64,000 nt of DNA from a virus. Below are positions 52,101 through 61,023 of this stretch, piece by piece; positions within the stretch are counted from its first letter, which is position 1; each line of letters opens with the position of its first letter. The translations under genes and the position numbers were made by a program. Below the pieces are notes generated by a model that did not search any database, had not been told where the DNA came from, and saw only the letters and a list, made by a program, of their open reading frames with translations. The stretch covers positions 64,001 to 128,000 of IMG/VR virus record IMGVR_UViG_3300002131_000090; one strand, 5' to 3'.

Positions 52101-55100
52101 CATTAAACACAGTTTCGTTGTCAATAAGAATAACATGCTCTTTTTGAACCAATGGTAGTTTTACAAGAAAAATGCCTTCTGACATTCCGATAGGTTTTAA
52201 TCCAAACTCGTTTTGACTATTTCTAAATATATTAGAAAACTCTTTACTTACACTTTGACCATTTCCTGCTAACAAGCTATAGTCATAAAATCCATCAAAC
52301 AAGTTATCAACTACATGATAAGGTCTTTCAAATGAAACTTGATTAGCTACAGGACTTACTGTTAATATAGTACCGTTGTCCCAGTTTTGTGTAGTCCAGA
52401 ATAAGAATTCCTTGACACAAAGTTGCATGTTTTCTACTGCTTCGGTTTCGGTATTAAAGTATTCAAACTTAAATCCTTGATTTTTTAAATAGTATTCATA
52501 CCCTAACATAAAGTCAACTAGATCTTGCTTACTTGATAGCAGTGTGCCGTATGATAAACGAGAAACTTGAACATCGAAGTTTCTTTTTAATACTGCGCTT
52601 GCACCACCAACAATAGGAATACTTGCTATTTGTGCAAATTTATTTGAATCAAATTCTGTTGTACTTTGATGTGTTGTTTTTGTTCTATAATACTTACTGT
52701 TGTATTCGACAATTGTACCAATAGGATATGTTTTATTTTCAGCCCAAGTCACAAACTTTTCAGAAATACCGCCAACTGTTATTGCAGGATCTGAATTTGT
52801 TAATGCCGGAACATTGTATAAGAAAACAGGATCTTCTTTATCGTACCCAGATATAAGATAACCGTTTGCGGTTTTTTCTATTATAATACCACTTAACACT
52901 GCAATTTCTAATGCAGAACTTGTAATGAATGCAATTTGATAATTTTCATCTGGTACAAATACACTGGTTTTATTCAGTGGGCTTCTACTATCTAATAATA
53001 GTTTTAACTTAGTCTTATCAGCAAACCCGCCTAGCTTTATTGCAAGTTGGTTGTTTAACCCTTTTAAATTAGTAATGTAATTTGTGTATCTTGATGCATT
53101 TTTACCTGACATGTAACTAGCAATATAGTTAACCAATCCAGATGTTAGGATAACATTTGTATCTATACCTATTGTTGGAAATTTTAAACTACTAAGAGAA
53201 ATTCTTTTATCAGTTTCTGTATAAACTAAATTTCCAGCAGCATCTCTTTTAATCCTACTTAGGTCAAACCCTAGGCCTAATAACTTAGCCGGTTGTAATA
53301 GTACCCATGAAGTAATTAAGGAGAACGGGTATTCACTACTACGTCTCCATGCAGTTTCAACAGGCGAAGAATCACCAAACTTAAATGCTGCTTGTCCATT
53401 TGAAATACTAAAGTTTTTTGCTAATCCACACTCTAATGGGCTTAATAATTTACCATATTCGTCTACAGGAATAAAGGTTAATAATCCAGGTCTTATATAT
53501 TTTGGATCTCTTATTATAGCTGCATTTGGTACTTTTATAATACCGTCTTGTAGGTCGTTCCATAATATTAAGTTGTCGCTAGTATACGGAGCAGGGCCGT
53601 ATTGAGCTTCCCACCATGTTGGTTTAATTGTAAACCCTAACATTTCCCAAGGATGGGTATGAGGTCTATCTGTGTCAAAGTATTTTTTAAAAATACTTCT
53701 CCAATAACCTGATATTTCATTATCGTTGTAATCTGTCATTGAATAATAGTTATAAGTAAAACTATCTTGACTATCGTAAAACGTATTTGAGGAATAGTCA
53801 GGCGATCCTGCTATCTCTATCCATTGTGCAAAATCGGCCAGCATTGCATTGTTAATATCTACTGTGTCAAAATTAGTATTTCTAAATGCGCCACCGACAA
53901 AACTGTGTACATCTAGCAATGACGTATTGTACTCTATTTTGATATTGTTATAAATTCTAGTTTCTAGTTCTAATATTAAGTCATCTCTATAGTCATCAAA
54001 GGCAAGTATAATACTACCATCGTGTCCTTGAATTACATTTTTAGGAGTACTATAAGAGTTGTCAGTAAACTTCATAGGAAGATATTTTGGATATAATCCT
54101 AATTTAGTAGGTGTTGGAGGAATATACGTCCCGTTTGTTGACTGGTATTCGTAAACTGTAACAGTATCGCCATATACTAAATCTAACACATAAACAAATC
54201 TATCTGTAAAATTATAATCATCTCCGTGAACTAGTTGCACATCGTTTTTATAAACAAGAACAGATTTTGTTGAAAGGGTTAACAGGTCAAAGTCTAATGA
54301 AAGTGCAAAATACGACGGGCCGTCATATTCAACTGTATGTATAGTTTTAGTATTTGCGCCAACTCCCAGCATATCACTGAAGTAGAAAGGCATAGATGAT
54401 GTTTTGTCTTTTGTAATAGTAGATAAAATTAAATCAACATGCTCTTTTGTACCGCCATGAAATCCAGTGTACTCAAATTCATTAATAAACTGTCTTTTAA
54501 ATTTTGCATATTCCTTTCTAGCAAATTTTAAAGATTTAATAATGTTAGCATCTTTATCGGTAACATGGTATAGTGCAAGATTTAAAGGACCACTGTGTTG
54601 TACAAAACGCTTGCCGTGTTCGGTTACATTTCCAAGATCACGCAGGTTGTTAACACCTAAAATATCTCCAGAAAATCCTGGAACATCTTGTACTATACTG
54701 CTAACATGATCATTTACTTCGCCAAGTGTAAAGGTTAACAGATTTTCGTTTAACGGATTTTTTTCAAAGTTAATAGGCATTTCGTAAAACCCATTGCTGT
54801 TTTTATTTGCGTTACTATAGCATTTTAAAACAACACTTGAATTAGCAGTTGATATTGTAGGTAAGAAAGTAACAATTTTTATATTGTTTCTAGTTGAAAG
54901 TGTATAGTGAACGTTTTCTTCTTTCTTTACACCATCGAGATATACTCTAACAACAAGATCTGTTAACAATCCGCTGGAGACGGTAAAAACGTCAACTTTG
55001 TAAGGACCGGGTTCACTTACGTACTGTCTTATAACAGGTTGTTTACTATTAGCAATTGCTTTTTTCCAACCGTTTACATATATAGATTGATCTCCTATAT

Positions 55101-57060
55101 TATTATAAGATTTTAAAAATCCAGTATCGGTGTAGACAGTAATTGATTCCTGTGCAGTGTCTTGGTATATAAATGAACTGTCTAGTATATTAAAATCAAA
55201 AAGGATATCGCCAATATTGTTAATATTTCTATAAGATAATGAAAATCCTAATTCGCTATCAGCTGTGCTAGTTCCAACTTGGTAGCTAAAAAGTTTATTT
55301 CCTGCAAAAGTACTATAAGGATATATTATAGAATCGTTAAAAGAATTTCCATCTTTATCAAACATATCAAATAACGGTGCTTGGTTTACTGCTGTTTTTT
55401 CTTGTGATGGATTCCACAAAGTTCCGTTATAGTAGAACATCTTTCCTTTGTATTCAGTTCCTTGCAGTACTAATACTGTTTCGTTAATAACAGGAGAAGA
55501 ATCGGTTGTAGCAATTAAACTGATCTGTCTACGACCGTTATGAGTTATAAAGTTTACTTCGTAAATGTTATTAGCTACTAGTATGTCTTTATCAGCAGTA
55601 AATAAGATACGCATACCATCAACTAAATTGATTCCGTCAACGTTGTATCCAATACTACCTTCAATGTTGCTAAAAACATCTGTAGTGTAAGTATCAACTA
55701 AGTCAACATTTACTTTACATTTTGTACCGTGCTGAAACAGTTTTAACCCTGCTTCAAATTCAATAATAGGACGTTTAGCTCGTTGGGTTTGATCAAGAAC
55801 AACAGGTTGATTGTTAATATAAGCAACTTGTTCGATAATTGAACGATGGCACCATCTGTTATATCTACTCCACGGGTTTCTGTCTGCACTTGCTCTATTA
55901 ATTACAATGTAATCTTTAGTGCCAGGAAAACTAGTACCATCTTCAAAGGGATATTGATCAAATGCTTCGTCGCCGCCATCAAACGGAATTTTATATTCGC
56001 TTGTAAAAATTGATGGTACTTCTAGATTCTTTTCTGATACTAGTACTATAGAATTACCAACACCTTCAACATACCAATAACCTTCGGCATATGTATCAGG
56101 AATAACTGTTCCAATAAACTTTAGTTTCATTCCATTACTTAATTCAGTACCGTTGCTAGTTTTATAAGTTTTCTTTCCTAGTATATCCGAGTTTATATCG
56201 AGTTCTGTATTTTCAGTTATATCATTAATTGAAAAAATACCACTAACGTTAATATCATTCTGACTAACGTAGTATAATGTATCAGGCGCATTATCAGGAA
56301 CTGTAAATTCAATAACTCCGTCTTCTACATAAACAGTTTCTTTTGAAACGCCTGTGTTATAGAAATTAGTTGTATTAAATTCTCTATTACTTGTAATAGC
56401 TATTGGATGCCCAACAGTATTGATTTCAAATTTATAACGTTGTCCTCTATACAACTTAATGATAGGGTTTCTTTCAATTCCTGTAGTAGGATAATCTGTT
56501 TCTGTGAATATATAAGACGGAGTAGCAATATCATAAACTAGACTTATCGAATATGTACTTACTACACTTCTTGATGTTCCGTATACAGTTATAGAATCCG
56601 GGCCCATAGGTAGCCAATAGTATTCTCTAAAGTTTGTAAACTTATCCCAATCGATATGAGGGTTCCATGTATAAAATTCTTGACTGTTTGTTAAACTATG
56701 ATTACTAGTTGTACCTTTAAAGTTTTTAATTTGAGATATATAATCATTGTAATTCTTTAAAAAGTTTACATTGTTTAATTCATCTTTATAAACTGCAACT
56801 GGCTCAAACTGATAGTTTGATCTATCTGCTGATACGTCCTCAAGGTAGCTATCATCAACTGATCTAGTTTTTGAATGTCTTCTTCCTGCAAAAACATTAA
56901 GTTTTTCAACAACACCTGGTGCAAGCATTTGATCAATAGTACTACTGATAAACTTTTTATTAATGTCTGTTCTAAAGTATTTTGGTAGAAAGTTTGATGA
57001 ACTTCTGTCAGTGTTATTGCCTGCAGGAAGATTAAATTCGTCTTGATTACTGTTAGCCAT
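43141..57060 (-). CDS. Giant (4639 aa) multidomain virion protein, probable baseplate wedge component
   Basis: Uninterrupted 13.9-kb ORF coupled to the gp6-like gene (TAATG). Contains FG-GAP-like repeats, Y-x-x-G-D-x-V...Y repeats, G-x-G-Y repeats and VKPYSTKVRE. Confidence 0.85.
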   Translation of the reverse strand: MANSNQDEFNLPAGNNTDRSSSNFLPKYFRTDINKKFISSTIDQMLAPGVVEKLNVFAGRRHSKTRSVDDSYLEDVSADRSNYQFEPVAVYKDELNNVNFLKNYNDYISQIKNFKGTTSNHSLTNSQEFYTWNPHIDWDKFTNFREYYWLPMGPDSITVYGTSRSVVSTYSISLVYDIATPSYIFTETDYPTTGIERNPIIKLYRGQRYKFEINTVGHPIAITSNREFNTTNFYNTGVSKETVYVEDGVIEFTVPDNAPDTLYYVSQNDINVSGIFSINDITENTELDINSDILGKKTYKTSNGTELSNGMKLKFIGTVIPDTYAEGYWYVEGVGNSIVLVSEKNLEVPSIFTSEYKIPFDGGDEAFDQYPFEDGTSFPGTKDYIVINRASADRNPWSRYNRWCHRSIIEQVAYINNQPVVLDQTQRAKRPIIEFEAGLKLFQHGTKCKVNVDLVDTYTTDVFSNIEGSIGYNVDGINLVDGMRILFTADKDILVANNIYEVNFITHNGRRQISLIATTDSSPVINETVLVLQGTEYKGKMFYYNGTLWNPSQEKTAVNQAPLFDMFDKDGNSFNDSIIYPYSTFAGNKLFSYQVGTSTADSELGFSLSYRNINNIGDILFDFNILDSSFIYQDTAQESITVYTDTGFLKSYNNIGDQSIYVNGWKKAIANSKQPVIRQYVSEPGPYKVDVFTVSSGLLTDLVVRVYLDGVKKEENVHYTLSTRNNIKIVTFLPTISTANSSVVLKCYSNANKNSNGFYEMPINFEKNPLNENLLTFTLGEVNDHVSSIVQDVPGFSGDILGVNNLRDLGNVTEHGKRFVQHSGPLNLALYHVTDKDANIIKSLKFARKEYAKFKRQFINEFEYTGFHGGTKEHVDLILSTITKDKTSSMPFYFSDMLGVGANTKTIHTVEYDGPSYFALSLDFDLLTLSTKSVLVYKNDVQLVHGDDYNFTDRFVYVLDLVYGDTVTVYEYQSTNGTYIPPTPTKLGLYPKYLPMKFTDNSYSTPKNVIQGHDGSIILAFDDYRDDLILELETRIYNNIKIEYNTSLLDVHSFVGGAFRNTNFDTVDINNAMLADFAQWIEIAGSPDYSSNTFYDSQDSFTYNYYSMTDYNDNEISGYWRSIFKKYFDTDRPHTHPWEMLGFTIKPTWWEAQYGPAPYTSDNLILWNDLQDGIIKVPNAAIIRDPKYIRPGLLTFIPVDEYGKLLSPLECGLAKNFSISNGQAAFKFGDSSPVETAWRRSSEYPFSLITSWVLLQPAKLLGLGFDLSRIKRDAAGNLVYTETDKRISLSSLKFPTIGIDTNVILTSGLVNYIASYMSGKNASRYTNYITNLKGLNNQLAIKLGGFADKTKLKLLLDSRSPLNKTSVFVPDENYQIAFITSSALEIAVLSGIIIEKTANGYLISGYDKEDPVFLYNVPALTNSDPAITVGGISEKFVTWAENKTYPIGTIVEYNSKYYRTKTTHQSTTEFDSNKFAQIASIPIVGGASAVLKRNFDVQVSRLSYGTLLSSKQDLVDFMLGYEYYLKNQGFKFEYFNTETEAVENMQLCVKEFLFWTTQNWDNGTILTVSPVANQVSFERPYHVVDNLFDGFYDYSLLAGNGQSVSKEFSNIFRNSQNEFGLKPIGMSEGIFLVKLPLVQKEHVILIDNETVFNDVIFDKITGYRQDRIKLVGYRTDNWNGSLNIPGFIYDDAKVTVWSIWTDYSLGDLVKYKEFYYVSTVKHTSNEYFDANHWSILNDRPEPELLPNWDYRVNQFTDFYSLDTDNFDSEQQRLGQHLIGYQKRNYLSNIITDSVSQYKFYQGFIQDKGTKNSLTKLFDALSSANTDSLEFYEEWAIRLGQYGSVENNIEVEFKLDESKYRLEPQLFELVNNTNVNRTDLTYELLQSDAVLLPTDYDHSALFSTTVNKSIFTKNSGYCRNEDVTFVSESEEQLVNLNIDDIQIGDFVWIKNQKQNWNAIRHVSTGYNVESIIARLPDETTFDATDLIGFTVYFDTTVDFVEDELVGLRSRLDGVNGFHKVKSVVGNEVVFITQAEITEPDEGDDSTVINVSRFVKRRFTDINDLNQNIKQVASEFDDTVWIDSGEESFAVFTNNPVFSVQQEIVNPDVTSTGFSTSFDINDSNAVVVVGSIDNSVRIYTRNVEAQEKTLFQTLLVNSTIDVDSKYGFDVAISEDGKYIAVGAPNASNAKTYYAGYVEPDKSYNIGDIVNDRGTLWRALTDIASWGSGDSSTIDINDQDWAPAYLNETSEFGNTDFGYTNQGAVFLYERRIDDNTYELSHCIVSPNPTTDERFGYKVELRKTSTGLTKLFVGAPGEDAVDQGRIYFLDNTDDAWTYTKDRKFKGSYSDYAKYDINDIVFESNVLYKALTNIDAGVSPPTSINTDWQVVTDVEHTGYVPHGDLSIEASEASLFSTATNIGKIFDVNKLADIFVMPASTDQNNAAAHERVTIYRHTDNRWTYSQSIDTDDSLEDFGYVVAIDEVGEKIAIGAPLNDDAGIDQGVVYVYKQVTTDNVSTYTLNQTLKSPFDEPNEAFGTGLDFYGNKLAISGKNTDTKIHTTLDRYTELNYNVVVGKDEDGANIYSVYVFDNTSAESAAPTTFDGNSTKLITTIKDSGRVSIWQEIDDYYIYGEDAAYNRNIKFNDVSNFKLVNNHLYIGLPKVDLNLVGDSSLEDGYNITDNSSVGILADLRSEQNANAWVNIAQQSGKVSIPAIQRCFLYANDTSDLILNLDIIDPRQGKFAGPAEQELSFKTHYDPATYSVNASGTITDITVDSSINWTDKYVGMLWWDMSTASWYNPYQGDIQYRSSVWNKLTVGSTVDVYEWVRSDVSPTEWAALADTTAGISRGISGLPLYDDTIFSFKNTYDVEKNTTVLKYYFWVKNNRILPQNNNNRRLSAQQVAALIEDPAGFGYRFIAPLDKDKFALYNSKGLVEGTNTILHFGFYKDNELQSNTHNEYQLITEGLDTSRVNSEIETKWFDSLIGYDSNNKPVPDTRLTVKQKYGILNVPRQSMFVNRIEALKQFVERVNIVFAENQIVDNYNLTGMLLKDEVPNINVGKYDTTADTVSQLQFLGVAKLSQAVLQPTVVNGKITNVTILNAGRGYKVSPVVTVTDTYGSRAIIKTTINNLGQVTSVNIRSQGKNYSPDTALEVRPFSVLVSSDSEIGNRWAIYSWDSAQQVWFRTSNQAYDTTRYWSYTDWYAEGYASSTEIKHLIDSSYKLYPLNDIIGDIVKIENVGSGGWLLLEKVDDQLTEDYTINYRTVGRQNGTLQLSPYLYTVSTGFDNGIYDTSFYDREPIYELRNIIIALRDDIFISDLAVEYNKLFFAGVRYAFAEQSNIDWIFKTSFVRAKHNLGDFRQELTFQNDNLENYQDYVNEVKPYSTKVREYISSYTYVEPTGSLTTDFDLPPSYNEETNIIETSIATVQDGVVTNILDKYLYSPYDNWVDNNGYHVVSYEVVEGGSGYTSSPAVTVTPSNGATARAYVRKGAVYQVELITRGERFITPPTVTVADPDTNGYTAKVSPVLGNPLVRSAHITIKFDRVSGNYYVTDLKPNVDGYETFVGTGSQRTFNTKWPLDIRTDQYSVYINNTLQLSSTYTVSNSFTTDQEKLYDDESFNYDTLQNTAAGPGTSHLTLGYNVQRGRIRFVKAPAVGAVIKVYYMKDVSFLSAADRINFFYNPTTGMAGKDLAQLMDGVEYSGVKFDSIGFGNEQGFGGLFGAAPWDTFDNTYEDEIFVLDGSTTVFQLSKALEDGVEYNFYLNGVRLDDPEYDLTTVLSNPNAVLETIVGDGVTDTITIDEDLVPTFAGDIVIIRKSTSDGSYTPSSTSYDTALGGGNLAYTTATGLLTEDITVDGDGFVTPTTSKGPEELVPGEIVDTLDIKVYHRDSDGVGVISTTNYVLLDGSTVIFGLPGIAQTTESVIVKLDNVIQDPSRYNLNFENNTLEFADSSISIGSSLAITTIGTNGNNLIETNYFTSDGSTTTFITGAIWTDSLSVFLTVNGIVKTSGVDYNYLVTTTEDNASNRLKIVFEPGILAEGDFFQYSIYSTTVKTYSQVVIDRTFESNGTTDYHTVNPAPFESQPFSHKILVKVNDTILNPGYSTSYTTQSHRTYDIEEWQFEDISLIDEAEVLVFADGVRLTRTEFTWDPINGRITLLRNDVAPQGTKLDIFVIGDAEYYFVDTQIDLQSIDSSEINISSTFNVGDEIVIQSIDSSATSVNAIIKSISQSSVVVRSYRKDIHALFTQYNSTEFNILLLSNSEVNHDAYITDVSYVLSDSVTFAIAPSSGEEVEIYTFSNHDVNQFERITYKVRTVGITNPEDSTGYAPLPIDTFSYIQRNLIVGGYVRLRGTISSAEYAWVSVNGTLLTPHIDYYLLPAGDAIQLVNKPLENDIIDVLQFANAPTTAKFGFRIFKDMLDRTHYKRLNQDKGYALISSLNYYDHKISLESADGLFQPNTSKNIPGVIFIEGERIEYFGISGRDLTQLRRGTLGTGVRNVYAVGTVAYGQGLDETINYSDVILSQTTISDGSSGSYQIAFRDYMASTNVNEIDVFVGGIRLRKTALTVHNPSLDIDRYNSNKGTVTLEPEFTISGNDVLLSTTPDAGIDVKIVRKTGKIWNNGNNSLAQSDNAISRFLRGATISLPK

Positions 57061-60000
57061 TAGTAAATAAAGCCCCCGGTTGTTGTTGTTGCAGTACTAA
57101 TGCCACTAGTAACTGTATTTGGTGTGGTAGCAGTTGTTGATGTTACTATGCTACCACTTGCTTTTAATCTCTCAGCAGTTATTGAAGAAATAATTTCTAC
57201 ATCTTTAACTGTTGCAGCACTTATGAAGATTTCATCTGATTCTGCTTTTATTTCAAATAAACTACCAAAACTACTAGTAGCATCTCTCGGAACAAGAACA
57301 ATACTGCTTATATCTGGTGCTAAATCTTGCATAATATAAGTAGACAATTCACTCCAATAAAAAGTTTCTCCAAAGTCCCAATTGTCTAATGCAAAAAACT
57401 TGTTAATAGCACCAATTGTTCTAGATTTTAAATCATTGTCATCAGTTACACGCCCGGCATTTTTTACTATTTTAAATGTAGCTTGCATATTTGTATCGCT
57501 CTTACTTCCAAATAATATTTTATATTTTACAGGATGATAAATTACTTCATCGCTTATACTTTTAATTTTATTAATTGCAGTACCGTAACTTCTATAAAGT
57601 TGGTCACTACTTTGTGCCAACGGTTTAACAGCTAATACTCCATTAAGATAATATCTAAAGTTTGTATCATATTGCTTTGTTAAAATATATGTGTCTATGA
57701 TATTAGTACTACTTGGATCAATACGACTATTTTCATCTGCTGCATGAAGATATTGGAATTTTATATTATCTCTTCCAATGTATGCTGTATAATCGTACAA
57801 TTGAGTTAACGCTCTTGTTGAGCTGTTTAGTTGTTTAAACACATTGTCGTCAACTATGTAATATATAGGATTGCCTTCAGCTAACAAGTTTGGCGATGAG
57901 CCAGTTGCTACTGTTACTATGTTCTCTGTAGTTGCGTTAACATATACATTAAAAACATTATTGTTTATAAGAATATTTTTAGTAAAGACAAAGTTAGTTG
58001 GACTTACAATAATAGCAAAAGTATCAGGATCATCAACTACTCCATCATCATCGAGATCTGCAAATGTTACTTCAATTTTTTTACTATCGATGTACCCTGC
58101 TGTATCACGATATTCGCTAACTATTTTCCATTCTAAATCTCTACTAAAAGGACGTCCAACATATGTGTTTACGTCACTGTTAATACTTAAAACAGATACA
58201 GTGTCTTTAATAATGCCGCCGGTCTTACTATCGTATATTTTTTTACTGCTATCATAATAAAATCTACATTCAGTGTCGCTTTCAAAAATATATCTTAATG
58301 TTTTGTAAGTCATTTCGTAATCAAAGCCGTTTGTTTCAAACAATATAATCCAACTACTATCAAGTTGTTGACCTGTTGTGTCTCCTGCTAACCCAAGGCT
58401 AAAATCGTCTATTAAATTAAGATCTGTAGGAAGAATAACTGTCCAACTTCTAGTTTCTCTATCATATCTTATTCCAAATGTTCTGTATGAAAACATATTA
58501 TCAATAATTTGTATTTTTGTATCGTCATTTAAGTCTCTTACAAATTTTGGTTTTGCAAAACTTAATAATGCACCGTTTGGTATTATATCGTTAAAAACGA
58601 TAGGTCCAAGTCCAGTTGTACTACTAACTTCTGTACCTGTTTCAAATACACTTACAACTTTTGTCCAAATATAACTTACCATGCCGGTATCATACAGATT
58701 AGTTGGTGTTACTAGTTTATTGTTATTTTTAGTATCAAACATTTGAGAACCCGGTGCAATAAATTTCACCATAGCATTTGGTTCAACAAAACGTAAAGGG
58801 CCTTCAGTAGAACTTCCTACTGTATAAGTTATTCCGGCTGCATCAACTAATTTACCAGTTGAAAGATTAACTGTACTAGTAATAGCGTTCCACGTTAATC
58901 CTAAGTCAATATAATTTTGATCTGGGTATTGATCTAGATAAAAACTTCTTACATTTTTATCTTCTAATATTTCAGTTATTTGATTATCAATTATACTTTC
59001 GATATCGGTTCTTGTTAAGAAAGAAAAGTTAGTTTTTTTATCTAGGAATTCTTTATAAAGTATGCCGTCTGTGCCAAAAATATTTGTTGTACTATATTTT
59101 CCAGTTGCATCTAATATATCATAGTATCTACTGATACCACTTGCTGTTCTATTAACTGCTTTAACTTTAATAATATCTTGACTTACTCCTAGCGGACCTA
59201 TGTTATAGTCTTCGCCAGTAATTAAACGATTTTGTGTATAATAAGTTGCAGGAGCATTACTTTTAATACTGTCAGTAGATTCTGAACTACTAGCATTATC
59301 TACTGTAGTTTTTAGATCTAACATAACTGTTAAAGTTTCTTGTCTTCCAATTTTACTTACATAAGGCAATTTTAACGTAATGTTACTCATACCTTGTGGA
59401 AGTATAGTGTAATCTGTATTTGCACTAGTTCTATAATATGTTCTAAATGTTCCTTTAGGAAGATTTCCAAATATACCATCAGAGAATATTAAACTAATTC
59501 TGTCGCTTACTCTAGTTAACACACTATAAATATTTCTAAGTTTTTTATTCAAACTATTGTAAACAACATTGTTGCCTTCTACTGCGTCAACTTTTGACCA
59601 CAGTTCAGATTCATTGCCGTTTGCATCTAGTGAATAAAGCCATACATCGTCATGGTTTATGTTTTCTGCATCAATGTCAACTGTTTGACTAGGAACGGGA
59701 GAATCGATTGCAAAGTCTCCTCTTTGCAATGTTCCTTGTCTAAAGTGTGCAAAGAATCCAGTTGTGTTACTGCCTGCACCTTGGCCGTTATCTCTGTATA
59801 AGAATCCAAATTGTTGTCCAGGAAGAGGTGCTTCTTCAACTACATTACCGTCTGACATACCGGTACTAACAACTTCAAAGTCTAATGATCTACTATTAAC
59901 AGACTTGTTAAAAGAAAATACAGAAACACTATTAGTTATGTTGTTAATACGATATTGCTCAGTTGGTATTCCGCTTATGTTTTCAAACTTTAACGGTCTT

Positions 60001-60512
60001 CCAAACGTGTTTTGTACAGGCAATGCTGCATTTAGAATTTTTGTAAAATGATCAAACCAGTCTGGATTAGTAGTATCGTTCCATACTGCTGATCTATTAC
60101 TTAAATTAAGGCCGTTACTGTCTAATACAGATTCAGATGTTTTAACACTGGTGAATTTTAATAGACCATTTGCTGATTTGTTTCTAGTAGGATTATAACT
60201 TAATAGTCTTGCTAAACGCAATACGCTTTCTCTGCGTTCTGCTAATTCAATAAAGTTTTCTCTAGCATTTAGATCAATACGGAAACTTATGTTTTGCCCG
60301 AGGAAAGCAATCATGTCAATTAATGCAAGGTACTCTGAACTTTCAATGTAATCATTGAAGTCTTCAGGGTAGTTTGTACGAAGATATTCAATCATTGTTC
60401 TTCGTAGATTGTCAAAGTCATAGCTTTTGAAATCGGCATATTTAAAACTTTGATAGACTTTTTTCCAGTCTTCTGCAAGCAATAATCTGTTTTGTCTGTC
60501 AGTTGATGACAT
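57060..60512 (-). CDS. Baseplate wedge protein (T4 gp6-like)
   Basis: DFDNLRRTMIEYL...FNDY..SS...LID..A...ENF...A..RESVLRLARLLSYNP; FSDGIFG; QNRLITGEDY. Start moved to ATG 60512 (GAGGA RBS). Confidence 0.85.
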   Translation of the reverse strand: MSSTDRQNRLLLAEDWKKVYQSFKYADFKSYDFDNLRRTMIEYLRTNYPEDFNDYIESSEYLALIDMIAFLGQNISFRIDLNARENFIELAERRESVLRLARLLSYNPTRNKSANGLLKFTSVKTSESVLDSNGLNLSNRSAVWNDTTNPDWFDHFTKILNAALPVQNTFGRPLKFENISGIPTEQYRINNITNSVSVFSFNKSVNSRSLDFEVVSTGMSDGNVVEEAPLPGQQFGFLYRDNGQGAGSNTTGFFAHFRQGTLQRGDFAIDSPVPSQTVDIDAENINHDDVWLYSLDANGNESELWSKVDAVEGNNVVYNSLNKKLRNIYSVLTRVSDRISLIFSDGIFGNLPKGTFRTYYRTSANTDYTILPQGMSNITLKLPYVSKIGRQETLTVMLDLKTTVDNASSSESTDSIKSNAPATYYTQNRLITGEDYNIGPLGVSQDIIKVKAVNRTASGISRYYDILDATGKYSTTNIFGTDGILYKEFLDKKTNFSFLTRTDIESIIDNQITEILEDKNVRSFYLDQYPDQNYIDLGLTWNAITSTVNLSTGKLVDAAGITYTVGSSTEGPLRFVEPNAMVKFIAPGSQMFDTKNNNKLVTPTNLYDTGMVSYIWTKVVSVFETGTEVSSTTGLGPIVFNDIIPNGALLSFAKPKFVRDLNDDTKIQIIDNMFSYRTFGIRYDRETRSWTVILPTDLNLIDDFSLGLAGDTTGQQLDSSWIILFETNGFDYEMTYKTLRYIFESDTECRFYYDSSKKIYDSKTGGIIKDTVSVLSINSDVNTYVGRPFSRDLEWKIVSEYRDTAGYIDSKKIEVTFADLDDDGVVDDPDTFAIIVSPTNFVFTKNILINNNVFNVYVNATTENIVTVATGSSPNLLAEGNPIYYIVDDNVFKQLNSSTRALTQLYDYTAYIGRDNIKFQYLHAADENSRIDPSSTNIIDTYILTKQYDTNFRYYLNGVLAVKPLAQSSDQLYRSYGTAINKIKSISDEVIYHPVKYKILFGSKSDTNMQATFKIVKNAGRVTDDNDLKSRTIGAINKFFALDNWDFGETFYWSELSTYIMQDLAPDISSIVLVPRDATSSFGSLFEIKAESDEIFISAATVKDVEIISSITAERLKASGSIVTSTTATTPNTVTSGISTATTTTGGFIY

Positions 60513-60537
60513 GGGCACGTTTCCTCATTATATCTTA

Positions 60538-60544
60538 TATTTAT
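60538..60544 (-). promoter_or_regulatory. TAAATA late-type promoter motif
   Basis: ATAAATA upstream of the GAGGA RBS and ATG 60512. Confidence 0.6.
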
Positions 60545-60566
60545 GAGATTTATAAAGTGCGTAGAT

Positions 60567-61013
60567 TTAATTCAATCCATTATTTTGATCAAATGTAAAA
60601 CGTAATTTTTCACTAATGTTGTATTCTAAGTACGTTAATTCACATTCAATTTGTATTCCTGATTCGTAGCTATCTACAACTACTCTGTCTACTTTAACTC
60701 TTGGTTCATGCACTGACACTATTTCGGTAACATTTTGAACTATTATATCTTTAAGAGAATCAGTTAATGGTTCATATAATATATCCCATATTATAGTACC
60801 AAACCCAGGGTTTTCTAACTTTTCACCTAATCGAATATGAAAATGATTTACAATGTCTTGTTTTATTAATGCAAGGTCATATAATTTAAATTCTTTACTG
60901 TTTGAATTAACTGTGCTAATTCCACGATAAGCACCTGCAGTAACTAAAGGAAGTTCTTTCTTTGGCAATTGCAATCTTAAATTTTTATAAAGATTTTTTT
61001 CTAATGTACTCAT
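60567..61013 (-). CDS. Baseplate wedge/sheath-initiator protein (T4 gp25-like)
   Basis: LIKQDIVN...GEKLENPGFGT.I...LYEP...EPRV. Confidence 0.9.
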   Translation of the reverse strand: MSTLEKNLYKNLRLQLPKKELPLVTAGAYRGISTVNSNSKEFKLYDLALIKQDIVNHFHIRLGEKLENPGFGTIIWDILYEPLTDSLKDIIVQNVTEIVSVHEPRVKVDRVVVDSYESGIQIECELTYLEYNISEKLRFTFDQNNGLN

Positions 61014-61017
61014 ACTA

Positions 61018-61023
61018 TATTTA
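61018..61023 (-). promoter_or_regulatory. TAAATA late-type promoter motif immediately before the start (leaderless-like)
   Basis: TAAATA-TAGT-ATG. Confidence 0.55.
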
